Assembly (NCBI GenBank): GCA_965226585.1
Contig: OZ245366.1
Span: 64,001-128,000 of the forward strand
DNA length: 64,000 nucleotides
Source: Thermodesulfobacteriota bacterium
GTDB taxonomy: Bacteria > Desulfobacterota_D > UBA1144 > Nemesobacterales > Mycalebacteriaceae
Direction of reading: 5' to 3'
The notes under the pieces were generated by a model, which saw only the letters and a list, made by a program, of their open reading frames with translations, did not search any database and had not been told where the DNA came from. This document shows, piece by piece, positions 55,947 through 64,000 of this stretch (position 1 is its first letter; every line of letters starts with the position of its first letter). Position numbers and translations under genes: made by a program.

Positions 55947-56903
55947 CTACACCCTCTCCGCAACGCGGATTTTTGAACTGCGCGCGCGCGGGTTTCTCAA
56001 AATTTCCTCCGCAGACGGAAGCGCGGGTTTGCGTGTAATCACCTTCACGGCGCGCTCTTTGCCGCATCCGCAACGGGGAAGCCCCGGAGGGCACACGCAG
56101 TCAAGACTCATAAAGTTGAACGACTTTTTCACAACCCTGTCTTCAAGGGAGTGAAACGAGATAACCACCATTCTCGCGCCGGTGTTGAGAATCTGCGGCG
56201 CTTTTTCCATAAAGGTTTCAAGGTTCCCTATCTCGTTGTTCACTTCGATTCTGAGGGCTTGAAACGTTCTGGTCGCGGGGTGGGTTTTCGGCGGATGAAA
56301 CCGCGCGGGTATCGCTGAGGAAACAATGCGGGCAAGTTCGCGCGAGGTTTTCAAAGGGTTGTGTTCGCGCTCTCTCACGATGGCGGAAGCCACACGCGAG
56401 GCAAACCTTTCCTCGCCGTATTTTTTGATAATTCCCGTAAGTTCGCGTCCGCCCGCCGTGTTGACAATATCCGCCGCCGTGATTTTAAGGGATGTGTCCA
56501 TTCTCATGTCAAGCGGCTCGTCCGCGCTGAAACTGAAGCCCCTTCCGCTTTGCGATATCTGCATGCCCGATATGCCGAGGTCTGCGATTATGCCGTCCAC
56601 TTTTTCTGTGCCCGAAGAGGCAACCGCATCTTCTATCCGGGCAAAGTTCGTGTTGACGATGGAAACCCTGTCTCCGAACCTTTCAAGCCGCCTCCGGGCT
56701 ATGCTCACGGCATCGGGGTCTGCGTCAATCCCTATGAGTTTCGCGCCCTCTCCTGCTGATGAAAGAATCGCGTCCGAGTGTCCGCCCGCTCCGACCGTGG
56801 CGTCAACGTATGTTTTTCCGGGGCGGGGACGCAGATAGGAAACCGCCTCTTCAATCATTACGGGACTGTGAAGAGTCTCATCTGGCGGGGACGCGGTTTT
56901 CAT
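55947..56903 (-). CDS. rsmH: 16S rRNA C1402 N4-methyltransferase
   Basis: HSPVM, DATVGAGGHS, RGFSF, PLDMRM, YGEE, TFQALRIEVN, ISFHSLEDR and NPRARS. Confidence 0.97.
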   Translation of the reverse strand: MKTASPPDETLHSPVMIEEAVSYLRPRPGKTYVDATVGAGGHSDAILSSAGEGAKLIGIDADPDAVSIARRRLERFGDRVSIVNTNFARIEDAVASSGTEKVDGIIADLGISGMQISQSGRGFSFSADEPLDMRMDTSLKITAADIVNTAGGRELTGIIKKYGEERFASRVASAIVREREHNPLKTSRELARIVSSAIPARFHPPKTHPATRTFQALRIEVNNEIGNLETFMEKAPQILNTGARMVVISFHSLEDRVVKKSFNFMSLDCVCPPGLPRCGCGKERAVKVITRKPALPSAEEILRNPRARSSKIRVAERV

Positions 56904-57001
56904 CTGATTGCCCCGTTAGTATAATGCGGGCTGTCCTCACAAGGCAACATTTGTTATGTTTGCCTCTGTGCCCGTCTGTGCGGGCGGAACCGGAGAAAAG
57001 T

Positions 57002-57214
57002 TTGAGTGTTTTCACGATAAAAATCGCGGACAAAAAAGAGAACGTTGTTTTCAACTCAATACTTGGAGGATACTCCCACATAATGTGGATAAGAGCGGAA
57101 AACCCTTCAGACCCTGTTGTCAGAATTTTCACCACGGAAGACCTTGAAGACGAAGCGCGCGCCATTTTGGAGCGGATGAGAGAGGAAGTGGTTTTTGAGT
57201 TTGTTGATGAATGA
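57002..57214 (+). CDS. Small 70-aa protein, DUF4911-like
   Basis: TTG start with GGAG RBS; MSVFTIKIADKKENVVFNSILGGYSHIMWIRAENPSDPVVRIFTTEDLEDEARAILERM...; overlaps the murJ start. Family call is from pattern recall. Confidence 0.55.
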   Translation: MSVFTIKIADKKENVVFNSILGGYSHIMWIRAENPSDPVVRIFTTEDLEDEARAILERMREEVVFEFVDE

Positions 57215-58760
57215 CCCGGGCGGCGGGAAGAAGGCTCTGCGCGACTGGGGAACAGTGGGCGCGCTTACGTTTGCCAGCAGGATAGCGGGTTACGCGAGAG
57301 ACCTTGCGGTGGCATATTTTCTGGGAGCCGGATACCAGAGCGACGCTTTTTATGTGGCATTCCGCATACCCAACCTTTTGAGGCGGCTTTTCGGCGAGGG
57401 AATGCTGTCGGCCTCTTTCATACCGGTTTTTACCGAACACACACGGAAAAACGGCGAACAAGCCGCACGCGAGGGTTTTTCCGCCGTAGTTGCCGCGCTG
57501 ATTGTAATTCTGGGGATTGTTACCGCGCTTGGCGTTATTTTCGCGCCGCAGATAGTGCGTCTTTTCGCGTCCGGATTCGGGCAAGAGTCTTTTGAGCTTG
57601 CGGTTTCGCTTGTGCGGGTGATGTTTCCCTACATACTTTTTGTTTCTTTCTCGGCGGTTTCAATGGGCGCGTTGAACTCTGTCGGGCATTTTTTCGCGCC
57701 CGCGATATCGCCCCTGCTTTTCAACATCGCCTTCATAGCGGCTCTTGTGTTGTTTCACGGCGCGTGGAGCGAGCCCGCCACCGCCGCCGGTCTGGGTGTT
57801 CTCGCGGGCGGCGCGCTTCAGAGCGTGGTGAACATACCGTTTTTGAAAAAACGCGGTCTTTCTCCCGGTTTCAGCGGTATTTTCAAACATTCCGCTTTGC
57901 TGAAAAAAATCGGTGTTTTGATGATTCCCCAGTTGTTTGGTGTGGCGGTCTACAACCTGAACATCATAGTGAACACGCAATACGCGTCTCACATGGAGAG
58001 CGGGACGGTTTCGTATCTGTATTTTGCTGAGCGGCTGACCGAGTTTCCGCTTGGCATCGGCGCGGTGGCAATCGCGACCGTTCTTCTCCCGCGTCTTTCC
58101 GCTTGCGCGGCGGAGGGAGATATGGACGGATTCAGGCAAAACTACGGCGGGCTTTTGCGTATGACATTTTTCATAACCCTTCCCGCGATTGCCGGTCTTG
58201 CCGCGCTCGCCCTGCCCGTCTGCTCCGTGCTTTTTGAGAGGGGGGAATTTACTTCACAAGACGCGCTTTTTTCATCTCATGCGCTCCTTGGATATGCCGC
58301 AGGCTTGTGGGCGGTTGCGGGAATAAGAATCACCGCGCCCGCTTTTTTCGCGCTGAAAGACACAAAAACCCCCGTTATTGCCGCCGCAATCTCGCTTGCG
58401 GTCAATCTCGCGCTGGGATACGTGCTGGGCTTCACTTTCGGGCTGAAGCACATGGGGCTTGCGCTTGCGAGTTCGGTTTCTGCGGCGGTCAATTTCCTCA
58501 TTCTTTTCAGTCTTTTGAACGGAAAGACGGGAAACATAGCCGGAAGCGGTTTCACGGCGTGGTGGATTAAAGTTGCCTTGCTCGCCGCCTTTTCCGGGTT
58601 TGCGGCAAAGGGGTGTTATGAAGCTGTAAAAACCCTCGCGCCGGAGGCAGTCGCCCTTGCAATGGCAATCGCAACCGGAGCCGCATTGTTTATACTCGCC
58701 GCAAAGTATTTGAGGATTGAAGAAGCGGAGAAACTTTTGGGAATGGTGAGGGGAAGGTAG
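57207..58760 (+). CDS. murJ: Lipid II flippase MurJ (MviN)
   Basis: SRIAGYARD, AFRIPNLLRRLFGEG, FIPVF, YFAERLTEFPLG and LFERGEF. Confidence 0.96.
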   Translation: MNDPGGGKKALRDWGTVGALTFASRIAGYARDLAVAYFLGAGYQSDAFYVAFRIPNLLRRLFGEGMLSASFIPVFTEHTRKNGEQAAREGFSAVVAALIVILGIVTALGVIFAPQIVRLFASGFGQESFELAVSLVRVMFPYILFVSFSAVSMGALNSVGHFFAPAISPLLFNIAFIAALVLFHGAWSEPATAAGLGVLAGGALQSVVNIPFLKKRGLSPGFSGIFKHSALLKKIGVLMIPQLFGVAVYNLNIIVNTQYASHMESGTVSYLYFAERLTEFPLGIGAVAIATVLLPRLSACAAEGDMDGFRQNYGGLLRMTFFITLPAIAGLAALALPVCSVLFERGEFTSQDALFSSHALLGYAAGLWAVAGIRITAPAFFALKDTKTPVIAAAISLAVNLALGYVLGFTFGLKHMGLALASSVSAAVNFLILFSLLNGKTGNIAGSGFTAWWIKVALLAAFSGFAAKGCYEAVKTLAPEAVALAMAIATGAALFILAAKYLRIEEAEKLLGMVRGR

Positions 58761-59153
58761 TTATTTGGTGGTTGCGAGACGGTAGAAATCCAGGGCATTA
58801 TTTCCTGTGTACTTTGATTTTTCAACACCCGCGCATATCTTGTCGAGTAATTGCCTGTCTATTGAACCCAGAGGTTTTGCCTTCCCGCTTTGAATATTCA
58901 TTTCCATATCATCAAAAGACTCAATCCTCGTATGCCTGTAAGAAATGTAGCTTTCTTGCCTTAAAAATTTATGCTCGCCTTTGTTAACAACGCAAGTTTT
59001 GTCATAACGCATCCCCTGATGTATTGAGGAAAAACTGACCAGAAGCACTTTCCGGTCGTGCTCCGCAATCAGGACAAAAAGGTGTTTTGATTTAGGGTCG
59101 TTCTCGGTTGGTGTGGGCAACAAGAAAACTGTCCCCCTTAAAGGGATAAACAA
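58761..59153 (-). CDS. Hypothetical protein; putative PemK/MazF-fold toxin
   Basis: 130 aa downstream of a Panacea antitoxin; beta-rich pattern KHLFVLI...LLVSFSS...H.FL..ESYI...LLDKI resembles PemK-like folds (inference). Confidence 0.5.
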   Translation of the reverse strand: MFIPLRGTVFLLPTPTENDPKSKHLFVLIAEHDRKVLLVSFSSIHQGMRYDKTCVVNKGEHKFLRQESYISYRHTRIESFDDMEMNIQSGKAKPLGSIDRQLLDKICAGVEKSKYTGNNALDFYRLATTK

Positions 59154-59161
59154 ATTTTAGG

Positions 59162-59722
59162 TCACCTTTCTGAGAAATATCTTTCTATCGCTCTGTCTTT
59201 ATCAAACTGTTCTTTGAGATACTCCGCCTGTTTTTTGGAAAAGCCGAGAGCAGAAAAGAGAGTGTCAAAATCAATGGGGACAGAAGACCCTCTGGGATCT
59301 TCATATTCGGGAAGTGTGTGTGTGTAGTCTCTTATCTGCCATCTGTTCATACTTCCGAACTTTTTCCAGACAGAGTCCATAACCTCTCTATCCGCCCTGC
59401 TGAGTTCACCCAAGTCGTCATCGGTCAAATCGCTGTCAACCAGAGAAACGGTGTGGTTTTCTATCCCGGAAATCACTGAATTCCAGCCCCCGGATGCGGA
59501 CTTCTGTTCTCCGCTCATCAAGTTCAAAGTGTCGGAAAGAACCGGTCCGTGAGGCATTGAAACCATCCGGTCGCCTGACATTGAAAAGCCGTGCTTTTCA
59601 AAGCACTCTCTGTCAGAAAGGTAAAGAAGTTTCATCAACTTCAAGTGGGGCATAGACCCGTCTTCTGTTTTCAAAAGGAAGAAAGCCGCCATCTCAGCTA
59701 CTTTCCGTTCATTGACTACCAT
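59162..59722 (-). CDS. Panacea-domain (DUF4065/SocA-like) antitoxin
   Basis: KLMKLLYLSD, HGPV and WQIRDYTHTLPE motifs typical of DUF4065. Confidence 0.85.
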   Translation of the reverse strand: MVVNERKVAEMAAFFLLKTEDGSMPHLKLMKLLYLSDRECFEKHGFSMSGDRMVSMPHGPVLSDTLNLMSGEQKSASGGWNSVISGIENHTVSLVDSDLTDDDLGELSRADREVMDSVWKKFGSMNRWQIRDYTHTLPEYEDPRGSSVPIDFDTLFSALGFSKKQAEYLKEQFDKDRAIERYFSER

Positions 59723-59835
59723 ATCTTGTGAACCCCCATGATTGGCAGAACTATTTTAATCACTGCAAATCCTTTTTCAACAGAGAAGTTTACCGAGCTA
59801 CCTTTATCAGTATAGAATACGAACCGTTATTTGCC

Positions 59836-61962
59836 ATGCCGAAGCAAGATTATATCCAAGAAATACTGAAAGACAGTAAACACAGTCTTTCCCTCTTTTC
59901 GCTGAAAGAGGTAAAAGATTTAGAAAGAAGAATCTTTACTAAAGAGTCCAAAAGTAAGAACGGTCAACCCAAGAATGTTCCGTATATCAAGTGTGTTGTA
60001 AGAGAGAAAGACATACAACTGAAGCCCGAAGAGGTTGTCCGGCAACTCTATGCTTCAAGACTCATAAATGGATACGGCTACGGCAAAGACAGATTAACCT
60101 TTGAATACCAAGTCACCTTCGGGAAAGAGAAAAAGAAAGCCGACATAGCAATATCTGACAAAAACCGTTCTGACAGCCCATACATCATAATTGAAATAAA
60201 GAAGCCATCGCTCCAAGAAGGCAAAAACCAATTACGTTCTTACTGCAACGCCACTGGAGCACCTATCGGCGTATGGACAAACGGCGGAAAAATCTCGCAT
60301 TACAACAGGAAAGACCCAAACTATTTTGAAGACATAACAGATATACCAAAAGAAAACCAAACTCTGCAAAACATTCTCAGTGAAAGATTCACGCTCAGAG
60401 ATTTGATTATCAAAGACAAACTCGCAAATGAACGTAAATCTTTGAAAGATGTCATATTGGAAATGGAGGATGAAGTTCTGGCAAACGCAGGGGTTGATGT
60501 GTTTGAGGAAGTCTTCAAACTGATATTCACCAAACTTTACGATGAATTTTTAAGTCAGGAAGACAAAACAATAATTAACCATCGCCTCAAGTTGGTTACA
60601 AAAACTGCGGCAAGTGAGGAACCCAAACTGTATGGAGGTCCCGCCCCAAGTTATCTTGAAGGGTCGGACTATGAGGCATTGAAAAATGCTGTGGAAAGAA
60701 TTGATAACCTCCTGATGGGCAGAGATATGGAGTTCAGAAATACGGGGCAAACAGACTCTGAACTCAAAGAAAAGATACAAGAACTCTTTGACGAAGCAAA
60801 GGAGCAGTGGAAAGGGGTATTTCCTGAAGAATCATCTTTTGAATTATCAGATAGTCACCTGTCTATATGCGTATCCAGTTTGCAGGATGTGAAGCTTTTT
60901 AACTCCAATCTACTGGTCGTAGATGAAGCGTTTGAATATCTCGTCAACAAGTCAGCCAAAGGAGAAAAAGGGCAGTATTTCACTCCTCGCCATGTGATTG
61001 ATATGTGCGTTCAGATGCTAAATCCCAAGAGGGGTGAATATATGATTGACACTGCCTCCGGAAGTTGTGGTTTTCCCGTGCATACAATCTTCAAACTGAC
61101 CGAAAATTTGTTTACCAACACGGAAATCTCACAAAAAGATAAGCAAGACATTCTAAAAGTTTTTGGAATTGATTTTGATGAAAAGACAGTGCGTGTTGCC
61201 CGCACCCTGAACTTGATTGCGGGGGATGGAGAAACCAATGTACTGCATTTGAACACATTGGACTTTGATCGCTGGAATGACAAAACCGAAAAAGACGCAA
61301 AGTGGATCAACACCTACGGTAAAGGCTTTAAGCGGCTGGAAAAGCTCAGAACCGAAAAAAAGGGAAACAAGCAATTTAACTTCGATATATTGATGGCAAA
61401 TCCACCATTTGCTGGAGACATTAAGGAAGGTCGCATCCTGCACAAGTATGAGTTGGGATTTAAAGCAGATGGCAAGGCACAGGACAAGGTCGGAAGAGAG
61501 ATTCTATTTATTGAAAGAAACCTCAACTTTCTCAAACCTGGTGGTCGCATGGCAATTGTGTTACCTCAAGGCCGCCTCAACAACACTTCAGACAAATACA
61601 TCCGGGAATTTATTGCCCACCATGGACGTATCCTTGCGGTGGTAGGCTTGCACGGCAATACTTTCAAACCTCATACTGGTACTAAAACCAGCGTACTGTT
61701 CGTGCAGAAATGGCACGATAAATTGTGTCCCGAAATGGATGACTACCCCATCTTTTTTGCGGTGTCAGAAAAGGGCGGTAAAAACAATTCAGGTGATTAT
61801 ATCTACGTCAAAAATAAAAATGGACAATATGAACTGGATAAAAACGGACACCTGATTGTTGACCACGACATGCATAATCACGATGGAAAATTACCGGAAG
61901 GCATAGCAGAAGCGTTTATTAAATGGGCAAAAGATGAAAGTTTGTCATTCTGGATGGAGTGA
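59836..61962 (+). CDS. Fused restriction endonuclease (HsdR_N-type PD-(D/E)xK) and N6-adenine methyltransferase (start re-called at ATG 59836)
   Basis: PEEVVRQ, ADIAI...IIIEIKK...QLRSY nuclease; GQYFTPRHV, motif I IDTASGSCGF, motif IV NPPF. Confidence 0.9.
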   Translation: MPKQDYIQEILKDSKHSLSLFSLKEVKDLERRIFTKESKSKNGQPKNVPYIKCVVREKDIQLKPEEVVRQLYASRLINGYGYGKDRLTFEYQVTFGKEKKKADIAISDKNRSDSPYIIIEIKKPSLQEGKNQLRSYCNATGAPIGVWTNGGKISHYNRKDPNYFEDITDIPKENQTLQNILSERFTLRDLIIKDKLANERKSLKDVILEMEDEVLANAGVDVFEEVFKLIFTKLYDEFLSQEDKTIINHRLKLVTKTAASEEPKLYGGPAPSYLEGSDYEALKNAVERIDNLLMGRDMEFRNTGQTDSELKEKIQELFDEAKEQWKGVFPEESSFELSDSHLSICVSSLQDVKLFNSNLLVVDEAFEYLVNKSAKGEKGQYFTPRHVIDMCVQMLNPKRGEYMIDTASGSCGFPVHTIFKLTENLFTNTEISQKDKQDILKVFGIDFDEKTVRVARTLNLIAGDGETNVLHLNTLDFDRWNDKTEKDAKWINTYGKGFKRLEKLRTEKKGNKQFNFDILMANPPFAGDIKEGRILHKYELGFKADGKAQDKVGREILFIERNLNFLKPGGRMAIVLPQGRLNNTSDKYIREFIAHHGRILAVVGLHGNTFKPHTGTKTSVLFVQKWHDKLCPEMDDYPIFFAVSEKGGKNNSGDYIYVKNKNGQYELDKNGHLIVDHDMHNHDGKLPEGIAEAFIKWAKDESLSFWME

Positions 61963-63365
61963 TAAGGATGCAGTTTTCTGTTATAAATTTCTCTGAAGTA
62001 AATTTGCATCCCGATTATCGCTGGGATGGAGAATATCTATGTTCCAAACCATATAAAAATGTTGATATCAACTATGTAACCGTTGGTGAAGTATTACTAT
62101 CAACTCAGTATGGCTTGTCCATCAAAATGAACGAAGAAGGAAACGGGAAAAAAATATATCGAATGAATGAAATTAGCAATATGATGTGTGAGCGTAACAT
62201 ATTGAAATACGCTCCTATTAGTGAAGTAGAAACTGCCAGATATTTGCTAAAAGATAAAGATGTTCTATTTAATCGTACCAATTCGCAACTTTTTGTTGGT
62301 CGAACAGGTATTTTCAGGTCGTTCTCTGATGAGCCGTTTGTTTTTGCTTCATATCTTGTCCGCATGGTACCTAATTCTGATATGGTTACTCCAGAATACT
62401 TAACTGCCTTTCTAAACACAAGCTATGGAATACTAGATGTAAAACGAAGAGCAAGAGCATCTATAAATCAATCAAATGTTAATGCTGAAGAGTTAAAACG
62501 TGTTGAAATACCTCTGGTTTCTCGTGAACTCCAAGAGAAAATCACAAAAATATTTGATCAGGCATTTAAGCTTATTCAAGAATCAGAATTTAAGTTCAAA
62601 CAATCTCAAGACATCATCCTTCCTGAACTCGGACTATCAAACTGGCAACCAAAACACCAACCAACCTTTATAAAAAACTATTCCGACACCCAAACAGCAG
62701 AACGCATTGATGCGGAATATTACCAACCTAAATATGAAAGTCTCATAAAAGCCATTCAACGCTACTCTGGTGGTTGCGATGAACTGAAGAACTTAACAAC
62801 GATTAAGGATAAAAACTTTGAACCCAAGGATAAAAAACAGTATAAGTATATAGAGTTGGCCAATATCGCAGAAAGGGGCGAGATTAGAGATTGCATGGTT
62901 GAAATGGGACAAGATTTACCCACAAGAGCAAGGCGTAAAGTGTCAACCGGGGACGTTATAGTCTCTTCTATTGAAGGCTCTTTGTCCAGCATTGCTATTA
63001 TAGAAAAACAACTCAACAATGGGCTTTGCTCAACAGGATTCCATGTTGTCGAGCCTACGTATTTTAACTCAGAAACATTGTTCGTGTTAATGAAAAGCTT
63101 TGTTGGTCAGATACAACTGAAAAAAGGATGTAGTGGAACCATACTAACCTCAATAAGTAAAGAAGAAGTAGAAAAGATAACGTTGCCAAAGATACAAAAA
63201 AAGAAACAAAAACAAATTCAGCAAAAAATCACAAAAACAGTTGAACTTAGGGAGAAATCCAAACTACTGTTAAATGTTGCCAAACAAGCCGTGGAGATAG
63301 CAATAGAGAAAGATGAAAAATCAGCGATAAAATGGCTCAAGGAAAAGACAAAAAATGTCAAATAA
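61959..63365 (+). CDS. Restriction-modification specificity (HsdS-like) subunit with two target recognition domains
   Basis: Repeated RWDGEY / RIDAEYY openers, DVLFNRTNS, FASYLVR, GDVIVS, CSTGF and helical spacers; GTGA overlap with the RM gene. Confidence 0.88.
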   Translation: MIRMQFSVINFSEVNLHPDYRWDGEYLCSKPYKNVDINYVTVGEVLLSTQYGLSIKMNEEGNGKKIYRMNEISNMMCERNILKYAPISEVETARYLLKDKDVLFNRTNSQLFVGRTGIFRSFSDEPFVFASYLVRMVPNSDMVTPEYLTAFLNTSYGILDVKRRARASINQSNVNAEELKRVEIPLVSRELQEKITKIFDQAFKLIQESEFKFKQSQDIILPELGLSNWQPKHQPTFIKNYSDTQTAERIDAEYYQPKYESLIKAIQRYSGGCDELKNLTTIKDKNFEPKDKKQYKYIELANIAERGEIRDCMVEMGQDLPTRARRKVSTGDVIVSSIEGSLSSIAIIEKQLNNGLCSTGFHVVEPTYFNSETLFVLMKSFVGQIQLKKGCSGTILTSISKEEVEKITLPKIQKKKQKQIQQKITKTVELREKSKLLLNVAKQAVEIAIEKDEKSAIKWLKEKTKNVK

Positions 63366-64000
63366 GTTGCAATTAACTAAAGCACAAAAGATTTGGCTCC
63401 AAGAGATTCATAAATTGGGAAATGACTTCTTCCCAAGTTCTGCAAGGGTTATCTTGCGTAAAAAGTTAGGAAAGGATTTTTCGGCAGAAAAAATACCTCA
63501 TGTTTGTTTTTATGACCCAAAACATCTTTCTCTGATTGGTATAAGAGAAATCAACCCAAACTCGCAAATTCTTAAAGATGCTGATTCTGTGATTAGGTGT
63601 CTCAAGAAGCATATAGAGTCGGGGAAATACCCCATTCCCAAACTTCAAACCAAGGATATTAAGGAACAAGTAGGCGTTGGCGATATAGATATAATTAAAA
63701 TTTTAGACCTGATAGAAAGGATAGATCTACGTATCCACCAAAAACCCGGATTCGATTGGAAGGAAAACAAACCCTATAGTGAACAAATAAACACAGTCTC
63801 TTTCTCTATGGAAGACAGAGAGTACCAATCCATTGATGATTTGGGACGAGATGCACACTATCTAGACAGTTTCCTTGAGTATGAAGATTTAGACACTTCA
63901 ATGGACAAGTGGTTGGGCAGGTTTGGTGGACAGCCTAACACATATCCGCAATCCATTTTTTTACAACAAAAAGAAAAATCTCAAGAAACAGAGCCGGTCA
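63355..64000 (+). CDS. Hypothetical protein, partial (runs off the window)
   Basis: Not in the ORF track. Manual translation is open for 215 codons (MSNKLQLTKAQKIWLQEIHKLG...QETEPV); overlaps the S-subunit stop. Confidence 0.75.
   Translation, partial: MSNKLQLTKAQKIWLQEIHKLGNDFFPSSARVILRKKLGKDFSAEKIPHVCFYDPKHLSLIGIREINPNSQILKDADSVIRCLKKHIESGKYPIPKLQTKDIKEQVGVGDIDIIKILDLIERIDLRIHQKPGFDWKENKPYSEQINTVSFSMEDREYQSIDDLGRDAHYLDSFLEYEDLDTSMDKWLGRFGGQPNTYPQSIFLQQKEKSQETEPV

Larger units (their letters stand above)
58761..64000. other. AT-rich accessory/defence island, open at the right edge
   Basis: Visible drop in GC immediately after the murJ stop; carries TA and RM genes; no integrase or att site visible in the window. 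Confidence 0.7.

Noticed and set aside
58761..64000. Prophage, integron or IS as the vehicle of the island
   Set aside because: No integrase, transposase, attC site or terminal repeat is visible within the window.
1..64000. CRISPR array, cas genes, rRNA, cobalamin riboswitch
   Set aside because: No regularly spaced repeats, cas motifs or rRNA seen; the intergenic gaps before the cob operons are too short for a riboswitch.

Overview
Compact, gene-dense bacterial chromosome segment, mostly housekeeping, with many overlapping or abutting genes. Gene order (hemL-atpZ-atpI-atpB-atpE, carD, glnE, ispE-tRNA-Gln) resembles Desulfobacterota/Dadabacteria-like lineages; this taxonomy is inference. Contents in order: xseA (partial, missing from the ORF track), pentapeptide protein, cyclophilin lipoprotein, a degenerate AMP-binding protein, cca, the Fo ATP synthase genes behind hemL, a first cobalamin cluster (cbiET-cbiGF-cbiJ-cbiD-chlD-like-pduO), pcrA/uvrD, a sulfate-assimilation pair (PiT/CysP-like permease and cysH), an NDT-family gene, pyrE, a GT87-like/HAL2-like pair, an uncharacterised three-gene redox operon, priA-glnE-NPP, carD, an isolated nuoF, tRNA-Gln, ispE, fxsA, a second cobalamin cluster (tRNA-Glu-cbiB-cbiX-cbiL-cbiHC), a dcw cluster lacking mraZ and ddl, murJ, and from 58761 an AT-rich defence island (Panacea antitoxin plus a putative toxin, a fused nuclease-methylase with an S subunit, and an unknown partial ORF). 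Best new signals: (1) an unannotated 27-aa Cys-rich leader peptide with a sigma70 promoter, a terminator-like hairpin and an alternative pairing ahead of the sulfate permease-cysH operon, i.e. a likely cysteine-sensing attenuator; (2) an A10 slippery run right after the AAA+ domain of the chlD-like gene, with stops in both shifted frames, suggesting one gene makes two chelatase subunits; (3) an uncharacterised nitroreductase-fold / FAD oxidoreductase / membrane 4Fe-4S operon; (4) a Panacea toxin-antitoxin pair next to a type IIB-like restriction-modification system.
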